A DNA stretch of 64,000 nucleotides, taken from Hypanus sabinus (taxonomy: Eukaryota). Shown here piece by piece: positions 38,950 to 49,831 of the stretch. Numbering within the stretch: position 1 is the first letter of the stretch; every line of letters starts with the position of its first letter. The stretch lies in NCBI RefSeq assembly GCF_030144855.1, contig NC_082736.1:7378001-7442000 (forward strand). The letters are read 5' to 3'. A model generated the notes under the pieces. That model was not told the origin of the DNA. It was given only the letters and a program-made list of their open reading frames with translations, and made no database searches. The position numbers and the translations under genes are program-made.

Positions 38950-39030
38950 AGAGCAATTTAAAGGCAGCGAGCGGACGGGGCGGAGACATCCTGCTGGCAG
39001 CTCCCGGCGGCTTCATTTTTCTGTGTTTCT
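38950..39030 (-). promoter_or_regulatory. H1 promoter with H1/AC box
   Basis: Minus strand AAACACA (+ strand tgtgttt, 39022-39028), GC box ~38978-38983, TATA-like TTTAAA ~38957-38962. Confidence 0.75.
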
Positions 39031-39429
39031 CTCTCCTCAAAAACTCGCCGATTCCAATTCAAATCGGTCGCTGCGGAGACTCGGACTAGTCCCTGTCCGT
39101 CCCTGAGGCCGGAATGTTCGCTGGAAAGAAAGTTTAATCGGGATTAAAGGCAGCGCTTTCTATTTTAACCCATTTCGTTACTGCATTGCCCGCGTTCTCT
39201 CTCCCTATCATTGACCTGTTCTGTTTTATGGCTGAAATATTTAATCGAATTAAAACTTTGCGGTTAATTCCCTCTTCCGGAATGATCTGGGGAGTCGGGC
39301 GCTTCCGTAACAGAAAAATCTTTTCATTTTCAACAGGAGGTGCTGAGAAATCCTACGATGTGTTCGGACTCACAAACACAGTGACACTGGTCTAAGCCGC
39401 CCGCTCCTTTAACTCACTCTCTCTGACAC

Positions 39430-39605
39430 AATACACACTCAATGCTGACGGAAATCAGCAACTCAGGCAGCATCAATGGTGGGAATAAACAGCCGACATT
39501 TCGGGCTGAGACCCTTCCTCAGGACTCTGGTGGGAGATGCTGCCGGACTTGCTGGGTTCCTCCAGCATTTTGTCCGCGTTGTTCGCGATTCCCAGAATCT
39601 CTTGG
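39430..39605. mobile_element. Inverted pair of Penelope pLTR fragments with hammerhead motif (39491-39526, minus)
   Basis: Minus strand AGTC-CTGAGGA-AGGGTCTCAGCCC-GAAA-TG-TC-GGCT; second half is an inverted copy (gatgctgcc...cagcattttgt). Confidence 0.78.
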
Positions 39606-42600
39606 CGTTCTGCTGACACAATGTTCACATCTGCACCTTCATCGCATTGTTCTGCCGTCAAAATAAAATGACAGATTCCTTGTCATATAACACGGTGATA
39701 AATGATTCTGATTCCAAGGAATAAAGGACAACGGACATTGTCTGACCAAACTCTCTGTGTAACTGAGAACCTCAGGTCCGGGAAACATCCTTGGAAATCT
39801 TTTCTACTCTCTCCCCAGTTTAACCACCTTTCCTATAACGGTGACAAGAGCTGTACACAATACAAGTGTGGCCTCCCAGTCACTTACACAACTGTAACAC
39901 AATGTCCCAACTGATATACTCAGTCCCCTGACTAATGAAGATCAGCATGTTAAACCCCGTTCTTCACCACCCTGTCTGCCAGTGACACCACTTTCAATGA
40001 ACTGTGTGTGAGAGATTTACCCCTAAATCTCTCCGGCCCATTACACTCCCTAATGACTGACCATTCACAGTGTAAGTTCTACACTGGTTTGACTTTGCAA
40101 TGTGCACTGTCTCACATTTATCTGTATTGAAATGCATTTGCCACGCTGTGGCCCTCTTCACTAAATGTTCAAGATTGCCGGGTTAAGTAAGAAATACAGA
40201 ATAAACTAAACAGTGTAAAAGAGGCTCAGGGAGGGATGTGATTCTGAAGGTGAGAATGGGAAACCTGATCCATTCTCGCCTCTTTTACTCTTTAAATATC
40301 TGAAAGAAATCCTTATTCCCCTTTATACTATTGGTCAGTCACATTAATAATTCATCTGTTCTCTCCATATTGCTATTTAGTTACCTTCTGTTCTTTTTAA
40401 GTCCACTAATCCTTTAGCTTCCCACTAACTTTTGTGATATTCTCTGCTCTCTCATGTTCCTTTATGTTGCTTTTGTCTTCCGTTGTTGGTGATGGTTGCC
40501 TCATTCTCCCTTTCAAATATTGTTTCTGCTGAGGGATGAACTGATCCTGCATCTGCCAAATTACTCCTGGAAACTCAAGCTTTTCATACAAAGGTAATCT
40601 GGTTAATGCAGGGGAAGTCAAAATGCCCGGCTGCTGTAAGCCAGTTCCCATTACACCTCTGTGTGATTTACCAACATGTCTGCTCCACAATACCTGAGCC
40701 TATTGGGAGGCCAGCAGTGTAATCCCATCAAATCACCATTCATCACTTTATTTAAAACCTCTACTTACAAGACCTCATCATATCCCTCACTAATTACTGT
40801 TGTGTTGGTCTCCTTAATCAAACATGCAACATCCCCCCCACCTGTCAAGTAGCCTTTAAATGTTTCCCCTTCACCTTAAACAATTGTCTTGTAAATGTAT
40901 GCTTCCCTACCCTGACAAAAAGAGTGATTGCCTACTGATTTTGTAAACCTTTGGATGATCACCAGACAGTTCCTTAATCTCTCTGGTGAGAAAGAGTGTC
41001 CTAGTCTGTCCAAACCTCTGCTAATAATTCAAATCCTCCAGTGTCAGTAACACCCTCATCAAACCTCCCTCCAGCTCCTTCATGACATCCTTCCTGTAGC
41101 TGGGTGACTAGAACTGTGCACAATACAGTGCAATCTCACTTTGATGATGACATCCCAAATCCTGTAACAATGAAGATTGGTTCCCTGACCAATGAAGATA
41201 AATAGGCCAAACATCATCTTCACCATCCTGACTACCTGTGTTGTCACTTTCAGTGAATGTTGTTCCTGTATTCCATGGATGCTGTCTCTGCAATACTCTC
41301 CAAGGAACAAGAATTTTCTGTGCTGCTCCTTCCCTGGTTGGACTTCTCAAAATGCAGGAGCTCACCCTTGTCCACATCAACATTCATCTGTCATTCTTTG
41401 GCTGACTTCCCCAGGTCATCTCAATCACGTTGTACTCTCAAAGAACCTTCACTGCCCACTCTACCACCAACAAAGCACTCTGCAACAAATACTAGAATCC
41501 CCTGAGAGGAATGGAGATGCTGGATGACCAAAAAGATTTAAAGAGAACGAGGATAACTGTTTGTAAAATCAGGGGAGTGGAATCGACATACAGGAGGAGT
41601 CTGATGGCAGATCAGCCTTTACATGGAATTGTTGGTGAGGGACTAAGAGAGAACACACTGGAGGCTCCATCCAGTGAGACGGTGTGGATAGAGCTCAGGA
41701 TAAGAGAGGTGCATTCACTGATGGAGTTGTGCTACAGGCCTCCCAAATGCCAGCAGCAGGTAAAGAAACTGAAATGTAGCAGGGAATGAAAGATGCAAAG
41801 GCAACAGGTTTGTTGCAGAGGGCGACTAGTTTTCCCAATGTTGACTGGGACTCCCTTAGACTCAAGGGCTTAGATATCACTGCATGTGTTGGAAGAATAC
41901 TGGGATGTTTTTTAACATAGAAGTGGATAGTCTAACCAGGGAAGGTGGTCATAGAAGACATTGTGTTGAGAAATGAGCCTGGCCATTGAGAAAAGTTTCA
42001 TTCAGGGAAAAGTAAATAAGCACAAGACTGGACACAGTGGTTATGTGGTCAGTCGGGATTATAGCGAAAGGCAACTGTGTTGGACAGGAACTGAAGAGAG
42101 TGGAATGTGATTTGTCCAAACATATTTGACATGTGACTCTCACAACACGCTGATATTCCAGGGCATGTTGTTCCTCAGGCAATAGAGTCAAACCAGGAAA
42201 TTACTGACTGATGAGGCTTGGATCAATGCTCAGGAAATTGTTCCAGAATATTATTAGACATACGATCTCTCATAAAAATTAGGCATGTAAAAGGACGATA
42301 TATCAAGAATTGGAAGGAAAAGCGAGTAAAATCCCCTGAGATTCTCTCGGTACATTCAGAGGAAAAGGGAATTTGGACAGAATTGTTCCGCTTGGAGATG
42401 AGGATGGCCATCTGTGTGTGGAAGTGAAGGAAATGGGAGAGGCTTTCCATGAATGCTTCTGACGTTTATTTCACCATTGAGAAAATTATGGAAAGTGATG
42501 GAGTTACCAAAATGGCAGGAATCAGCTGTGATTTTTTACACCACATTCAAATTAGCAGGGATCTATATTGGAAACCTTAAGATGCATTAAGGCTGTTGAA

Positions 42601-42724
42601 TCTCCAGGGCCATATCAGGTACATTCTTATATTTTGTGAGAAGTTAGAGAATACACTGTGGAGGCCACGGGAGAAATTGTTGCTTCATCACAGGCACCAT
42701 TTGAGGTTACACGTGATTGGAGAG

Positions 42725-43625
42725 TGATTAATGTGGAATTGACAGTTTTGAGGCCAAGTCTGTGGATAAATCAAAAATAGAATGAGCGGCAGGCAGTGTT
42801 ATGGAAGCAAGGAGTCTGCAGTAGCACTTGGACAGATTTATAGAATGGACAAAGAAGTGCCAGACAATATAGAGTGTAAGGAAGTGTGTGGCCATATCCT
42901 CTGGGAGGAGGAATAAAGGCATGTATTCCATCTAATCAGGGAGAGAACAGAAATCAGACGTGTAAAGGGACTTTGGGGGTACTAGTGCAGGATTCCCTAA
43001 AGGTTAATGTGCACGTTTAGATGGTAGTAAGGAAGGCAAATGCAATATATGTATTCATTCCAAGAGAACTAGAATATAAAAGCAAGCATCTAATGCTGAA
43101 GTATCATGAGCAGGTTTGGGTCAATTTTCTAAGAAAGGCTGTGCTGACATTGCAGAGGCTGCAGGGTAAATTCACGAGAATGATCCCAAGTCTGAAAGAG
43201 TTAGGATATAACCATCATTTGATGATCTGGGCAGGTACTCACTGGAGTCTAGAAGAATGAGGGAGCATCGTATAGAAACACATTGAATGTTGAAAGGCCT
43301 AGGTAGTGTTGATATGAGAGGATGTTTCCAATAATGGAAGAGTCTAGAACCAGACCACACCCTCAATACAAAGATGCCCCTCTAGAATAGAGATGAGTAA
43401 TTTCTTTATCGATGGGTTTCTTTTGGCACAGGTGGCCATGAAGGCAGTCGGTAGGTCTATTTAAAGCAGATGTTAGTGGGATTTAATTATTATTAATGGC
43501 ATCAATGTTTACGGGGAGAAGTTCAGAGAATGGGGTTGGGATGGATAATAAATCAGGCATGATGGAATGATGGAACAGGCTGGATGAGCCAAAAGACCTA
43601 ATCCTGCTCCAATGACTTTAGGTCT
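42725..43625 (+). mobile_element. Old CR1 3' fragment
   Basis: VVRKANAI..FIPRELEYKSK, RLQGKFTRMIP, CR1 tail ~43560-43625. Confidence 0.75.
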
Positions 43626-44382
43626 TTTGGTTTAATGCTGTGCCATTGTTTAAAAAGGGTAGTGGAAACTAGTCAGGAAACTACAGGCAGGATATCAGTG
43701 TTGGGGAATATACTGGAGTGATTTCTGAGGAACAGGATCTACCAACATTTGGTCTGATTCAAGACAGTCAGCACAGTTTTGTGCAAGGGAAATCATGTCT
43801 CACAAATATCTTGCAACTCTTTCAGGAATTTCACAAGTGCGTAGATGAGGTTAGGGTTGTGAGTGTTGTCTATCTGGACATTAGCCAGACCTTTGACTCT
43901 GGTCTGGGAGGTTAGTTCTGAGAGATGGAATCCAAGGGAGATAATTGATTGGTTTCATAATTGCCTCAGTATCAGGAGGCAGAGGCTGGTGGGTTGATGG
44001 TTATACCTCAGACTGGAGGTCTCTGTCAAGTGGTGTTGCACTGCACACCGGGACCTTTGTTGTTCGTAATTTATATAAACAATATCCATGCGAATCATAG
44101 TTCACCGGATCTGACACCTCAAGGAGATAACAGTGGTGAAGTTGGTGTTGTTTGACCTGCTGTCCTTCATCATTCATGGCACAGAGTATAAGAGTTGAGA
44201 AGATACGTTGTAGATATACAGGTTTTTGGTGAGGATGGACTGGGGATACTGACTATTGTTTTGATCACCCTATTATAGCAAAGATGTTCCTAAACTAGAA
44301 AGAGTGCACAGAAAAAAATAAATATCAGATGGTTGCTTAGACCTGGGGAGTCAGAGTTAGAAGGACAGGTTGTATGGACTAG

Positions 44383-45233
44383 TGTTACGAATGAGGAGCA
44401 ACTCTCATGAGCAGAAGGGTGCAAAGTCGCCCCCCCCCCTCTTTTTGAGAATCACAAAATCGCTACTATTTTGGGTCTGATACCAAGGAAATGAGAGAGT
44501 GACAACGCAGAGATACACAAAAGTGGAATGTCTCCTAACAAAAGCGGAACGGAACCACTGATTACTGCTATTGTCTCTTGGAGAAGGATTGTGTATTGAG
44601 TACTGTTCTATTCATTGAAACTCCTCAGGGGGCAACCAGAGTGGTCTGGTTGATGGGTTGTATCATCCCAACCTGATTGACACCTGAGACCCCGTGAGTG
44701 GGGATAAAAGTAAGGTCTGGGGAAACACCCCTCAGACGCAGCAGGAGAGACACTACGAGACCAGTGGGGGCTTGTGTGTGTGTCCACCCTTGCCTGTGTG
44801 ACGAGTCCGTGACGGAAGAATGGTCTCGCTAAAGGACAGAGGGGTCATAAGTGAATGGCCACAACAACAACGCATCGACGGATCAAGATCGAAAAGGAAG
44901 GTCGGCAGGTCAATAGCTGTTTCTCTCTCTCTCTCTCCAACAATTGCAACATAGTGACCAATAAACCACCACAGCCTGCATGAACTGAACTGAACTTTAT
45001 ATTTCCATCGGACAATTCATTATCCCCTAGACAACGATAGAGCTTATTTCTTATTGATTATTATTATACCCACACTTTTAGTTTAGTATTGATGACATAT
45101 ATTATCTGTATATTTGCATTGATATTATTTTTGTGTTTTTTTACTAATAAATACTGTTAAATCTAGTACCATCAGACTGCAACGGATACTCCTATCTTTG
45201 CTGGTAAGATACCCAGTTACGGAGTTCGTAACA
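44383..45233 (+). mobile_element. Solo LTR (Gypsy-type), 851 bp, inserted in a CR1 fragment
   Basis: 9-bp terminal inverted repeat TGTTACGAA/TTCGTAACA, perfect TSD CTAG (44379-44382 / 45234-45237), GATAAAA ~44703, AATAAA ~45146. Confidence 0.9.
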
Positions 45234-45809
45234 CTAGTATTTTATTCCCTGGAGCAGAGCAGATTCAGAAGTGATCCCAGTAGACGTATGGAGATCATGG
45301 GGAGCACAGACAGGGTAAAAACACTGTTTTTTTCACAGGAAATGGCTGGTAAAAACAAGAAGGTAGGTGTTTCAGATCAGACATAATGGGCAGAGTGTGG
45401 TATGTATATTGAACAAACTGCCGGTGATTGTGGCAGACACATTAGAAACATTTTAAAATCTTGTGATCCGAGCTGGTTGCCACATCTCAGGAACGACAGT
45501 TTCAGTTATAAGGTGAGGATGTAGAAACACAGATTGTTTACAAACTGTGTTTGTTCGATCTCCCTTTATCTCTCTTGTTTCAAAGGCCTAGCAGAGACCT
45601 TTAAAATAGATAAGGCGGACAAGAGTCTTTTACACAGGCAGCAAATGTCAAATACTCAAGTGCAGAGCTTCAATTTAAAAGTGGGAGAGGGATTGGTTCA
45701 AATAGATTGAGCAGGTGAGTTTCTATTTTCCTCAGAGACTGATGGCTGCCAGGGAAAGGTTCAAGCTGATACACTGGTAATATTGAAGAGGTGTTTAGTC
45801 AAGCAGGAA

Positions 45810-46000
45810 CAGGCAGGGAATGGAGAAGCCCATTCCATCCCCTCTCATTCTTCCAAAGGGCAGCCAGTACAGACCGACCCCATTTCAGTTCGGTCCCTGC
45901 CACCCCGCTGGGGGTGGGGGGGAAGGAAGCCTCAACGCCACCCCCGGGACCAGGGCGTTCCCCCTCCCTCTCCCGCATCCGTTGCCAAGGAAACGAGTCA
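45810..46000 (-). promoter_or_regulatory. Diverged third copy (C) of the X-box promoter module
   Basis: GTTGCCAAGGAAAC 45981-45994 plus colinear blocks agtacagaccgaccccattt and ggcagggaatggagaagcccattcc matching copy B (agtagagaccgactccacttt; ggcaggaagaggagaggccgattcc). Confidence 0.6.
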
Positions 46001-46014
46001 CAGACAGAGTATAA

Positions 46015-46210
46015 CATGCAACAACCGAGGGAATCTGCAGATGCTGGAAATCTGAACTACACACACAAAATGCTGGAGGAACTCAGCAGGCCAGACAGCA
46101 TGTATGGGAAAGCATGTATCGGGCTGAAGGGTCTCGGACCGGGTCTTCCGCTGTACTTTTTTTTTCCATAGACGCTGCCTGGCCTGCTGAGTCCTCCAGC
46201 ATTTTGTGAG
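46015..46210. mobile_element. Fold-back (inverted) Penelope pLTR pair
   Basis: cacaaaatgctggaggaactcagcaggccag...ctggcctgctgagtcctccagcattttgtg. Confidence 0.8.
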
Positions 46211-46584
46211 ATATAAAGCTGGAGAGATTTGAAAACTAATGCTGAGACGTTTAATATGAACAAACTGATTGCTGAGAATTTTAACTAGATTGGTAAGGCA
46301 CAGGGACATTTGGAGATATTGCGGGTATTAATGGCAGAAAATAAAGAGTTAATAGATAAAAGACGTTTTAGGCACCAGCCTGATAACATGTGGGGTTTCA
46401 CACTGCTGGCGTAGCGTCTACAGGTCTGGTCGACACACTGTAGAAAGAAAATTATCACTGGAATGGGTGACCTGGAGCTCTGGTCCCCATCCCCTGCCAA
46501 TCCCAGGGAACAGGAATGAACCTCCCTGACAGTGTGGAGCAGGTTTACTGGGAGGTTGTTTGGGATGGAACCTATCTGATGTAA

Positions 46585-47687
46585 GACCATAAAATATAGG
46601 AGCAGAGTTTGACCCTCTGGCCCATTAAGACAGTACTTCCATTTCATCATGGCTGATCCATTTCCCTCTCAGCCCCAATATCCTGACGTCCCCTTAACCC
46701 ATCATGCCCTGACAAACGAACAATGTATCAAACTCTACCTTAAATATACCCAATGACGGCCTCTACAGCTGCCTTTGGCATGGAATTCCACAGATTAACC
46801 ACTCTCTGGCTAAATAAATTCCTCCTCATCCCTATTTAAATGGACGTCCCTCTAGTCAGAGGCTGTGCCCTCTGTCCCTAGACTCCCCCTCTAAAGAAAA
46901 CATCCTCTTCAGATCCACTCTACCGTAGCCGTTCAACATTCAACAGGTTTCAAAGCAATCCCTTCTCATCCTTATAAATTCCAGTCAGTTCAGGCCCAGC
47001 ATAATCAAATGGTCTTCATATGATAACCCTTCAATCCTGGAATCATTCTCGTGAACTTCCTCAGAACCCTCTCCAATGTCAGAGTACCTTTCTTAGATAA
47101 GGGGCCCAGAATTGCTCACAGTACAAACGAACCTCAAGGAACCTACTCTGCTACAAATTTCCTTTGCACATCAGATTTTCATTTTTCTTTCCCCTTAGAG
47201 CAATTGTCTATCCTTTTATTTTTATACCAATGTCCATGACCATAAACTTCTCAACATGGTAATCCACCTGCCAGATCTTTCCCTATTCTCACAATCTGTC
47301 TAAGCCCTTCTGTAGCCTCTCTGCTTCCTCGACACTGTCCTCCCCCGACCTATTTTGAACTGAAAATGGCCCGAAGCCATCATTTCTGTCATCCAAATCA
47401 CTGAAATATACTATAACATAAAATGCCATTAGTCATTGTGTCAACCAGAAAAGGCTCCCTTTATGCCACTCTTTGCTTCCTGCCAATCAGCCAAGTTGTA
47501 ATCCATGCTCGTAACTTTCCTGTGTCATAGGCTCTTAATTTAAGCAGCCTCATATGTGGCACCTTGTCAAAGGCCTTCTAAAAATCCAATTGCACAAGGC
47601 ACACCCATCCAGTGATTCTCTTTGTCGATCCTGCTTATTTCTTCAAGCAATTTCAACACATTTGACAGGCAGGATAATCCCCTAATG
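46585..47687 (-). mobile_element. CR1 LINE 3' portion, truncated at hAT boundary
   Basis: CR1 tail at ~46585; RT motifs (GLSCLSNVLKLLEEI) up to 47687. Confidence 0.8.
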
Positions 47688-47834
47688 TAGTGGTCACAAA
47701 TCTTTTTAAGCCCAAGATCCCCTACCTCGGCCTGAGAGAAAGGCAAGATCAACTCCAAATTGATTAGATACACCGGGGCAGAAAGACTGGAAGTAATACC
47801 CCACAACCCGGATGTAGAAATAATCCATAAACAC

Positions 47835-48694
47835 CAGGGGTGCCCACCCTTTTTTACACCGCAGACCGGTTTAATATTGACAATATTCTTGCGGACCGGC
47901 CGACTGGGGGGGGGGGTGGACGGGACGGGAATGAAGCAGGTTCGTTATGTCCAGTCTATCCCGCAATTTAGTTTTCGCGACTCTCAGCACTTAGCAGCTG
48001 TCCCGCGCTGCTCACGTTTTTTCCTCTGATAAAACTCAGTGGGTGCAGGGTGCTTGGATTCAAGGTACCGAAGCAGTTTTGAGGGCTTCATTGCCTCATT
48101 AGACAGCCTCCGGGCCCGAACTCCAGCCTCTGCCCTCCCGCCGCCAGACGCCCTGGCCAGGTGCATCTGGTCGCGGGTGGGGTGAGAGGACAAGTTCAGG
48201 GCCAGAGGTCCTCGTGCCGGGGACGCGGCGGTCACAGTTAGAACAGAGCGACCGACCAAGTGAGGAGAGCGACAGGTCCGTGCTCGCCCCCCTTGTAGGA
48301 TCTATTGGCCGACAAAAATTTGTTTCAGTAGATCGCAGCGAGGTAGCTGTTCTGATACTTACGAAGCCTTGAGCCCAAATTAGGTTGTCTGCTAATATTT
48401 TAGCACCGGGTTCCCCACGAACATTCGGTGTGCTAAACAGGTTTAGAGGCGGTTCCCATCTGTCCGCGCTCCAGGCCAATAGCATCGGCGACTCTCGCTG
48501 GCTGTGCTCTGGGCCAGCAGCATCGGCGCTTCCCACCAGCCGCGCGAGGCGAACACTGGCGCGAGGGTGTCACTGCATTTAGGCGACTGATGACCTCACG
48601 TGAGTTCAAGTTCAAAAGTCAGTGTGACAGCAACTGAGGGAAGGTGCAGCTGACTCATATTGTTTCCTCACGGCCCGGTGGTTGGGGACCACTG
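47835..48694 (-). mobile_element. Non-autonomous derivative of the 31607-33532 hAT family carrying foreign (rDNA) cargo
   Basis: TIRs caggggtgcccacc / gttggggaccactg; both ends and the LSNEAMKPSKLLRYLESKHP fragment match the first hAT; imperfect TSD ataaacac/aagtacac. Confidence 0.85.
48311..48478 (-). rRNA. 28S rRNA 3'-terminal fragment (non-functional, inside hAT)
   Basis: + strand tttcagtagatcgcagcgaggtagctgttctgatacttacgaagccttgagcccaaattaggttgtctgctaatattttagcaccgggttccccacgaaca aligns, from memory, with the reverse complement of the conserved eukaryotic LSU 3' end (TTTCAATAGATCGCAGCGAGG.AGCTGCTCTGCTAC...AGGTCGTCTACGAATG.TTTAGC.CC.GGTTCCCCACGAAC). Confidence 0.8.
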
Positions 48695-48885
48695 AAGTAC
48701 ACTGTGTCATGCGGGGGAGCTATGTGCATGCGCACTGAGCAGAAAGAATGGAACTAAAACCCCGCAACCCGGAAACAAACTCTCAACAGTATTTGTGTAT
48801 TTATTTTTCTTTGTTTTTTGGGATCTACTGGGAAAGTCTCAAAAAATCGACCAGTCGATAGCGATCGACGGGTTAGCGACCACTA

Positions 48886-49830
48886 ATCTGGATGATGGGG
48901 TGGTAAATTGGATTAGTAAGTATGCAGGTGATACTGAGATAGGTGGTGTTGTGGATAATGAAGTAGGATTTCAAAGCTTGCAGAGAGATTTAGGCCGGTT
49001 AGAAGAGTGGGCTGAAAGATGGCAGATGGAGTTTAACGCTCATGTGTGAGGTGCTACATTTTGGTAGGACTAATCAAAATAGGACATAGATGGTACATGG
49101 TAGGGCATTGAGGAATACAGTAGAACGGAGTGGTCTAAGAATAATGGTGCATCGTTCCCCAAAGGTGGATTATCATGTGGATAGAGTGGTGAAGAAAGCT
49201 TTTGGTATGCTGGCCTTTATAAATCGGACCACAGAGTATAGGAGTTGGGATGTAATGTTAAAATTCTACAAGGCATTGGTAAGGCCAAATTTGGAGCATC
49301 GTGTACAGTTCTGCTCACCGAATTATAGGAGAGATGTCAACAAAATAGAGAGAGTACAGAGGAAATTTACTAGAATGTTACCTGGGTTTGAGCACCTAAG
49401 TTACAGAGAAAGTTAGGTCTTTATTCTTTAGAGCATAGAAGGTTGATAGGGAACTTGATAGAGGCATTTATAATTATGACGCGATAGATAGAGTTGGTGT
49501 GGATAGGCTTTTTCCATTGAGAGTAGGGGAGATTCAAACAAAAGGACATGAGTTGAGAGTTAAGAGGCAAAAGTTTAGGGGTAACACAAGGGGGAACTTC
49601 TTTACTCAGAGAGTGGTAGCTGTGTGGAATGCGATTCCAGTAGAAGTGGTAGAGGCAGGTTCGATATTGTCATTTAAAAAAAATTGGATTGGTATATGAA
49701 CAGGAAAGGAATAGAGGGTTGAGGGCTGTATGCAGGACGGTGGGACTAGGTGAGAGTAAGTGTTCGGCACGGACTAGAAGGGCTGAGATGGCCTGTTTCC
49801 ATGCTGTAAATGTTACATGTTATATATAAC
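48886..49830 (+). mobile_element. CR1 LINE 3' portion
   Basis: LDDGVVNWISKYAGDT, LQRDLGRLEEWAERWQMEFN, YKALVRPNLE, FFTQRVVAVWN, tail. Confidence 0.9.
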
Positions 49831-49831
49831 A

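Larger units (their letters stand above)
47688..48885. mobile_element. Short non-autonomous hAT-like element (outer) hosting a nested hAT
   Basis: Imperfect TIRs tagtggtcacaaat / ggttagcgaccacta; flanks are unrelated CR1 pieces with no TSD. Confidence 0.6.

Noticed and set aside
48311-48478. Functional rDNA unit
   Set aside because: Only ~170 bp, diverged, enclosed by transposon ends; no 18S, 5.8S or rest of 28S
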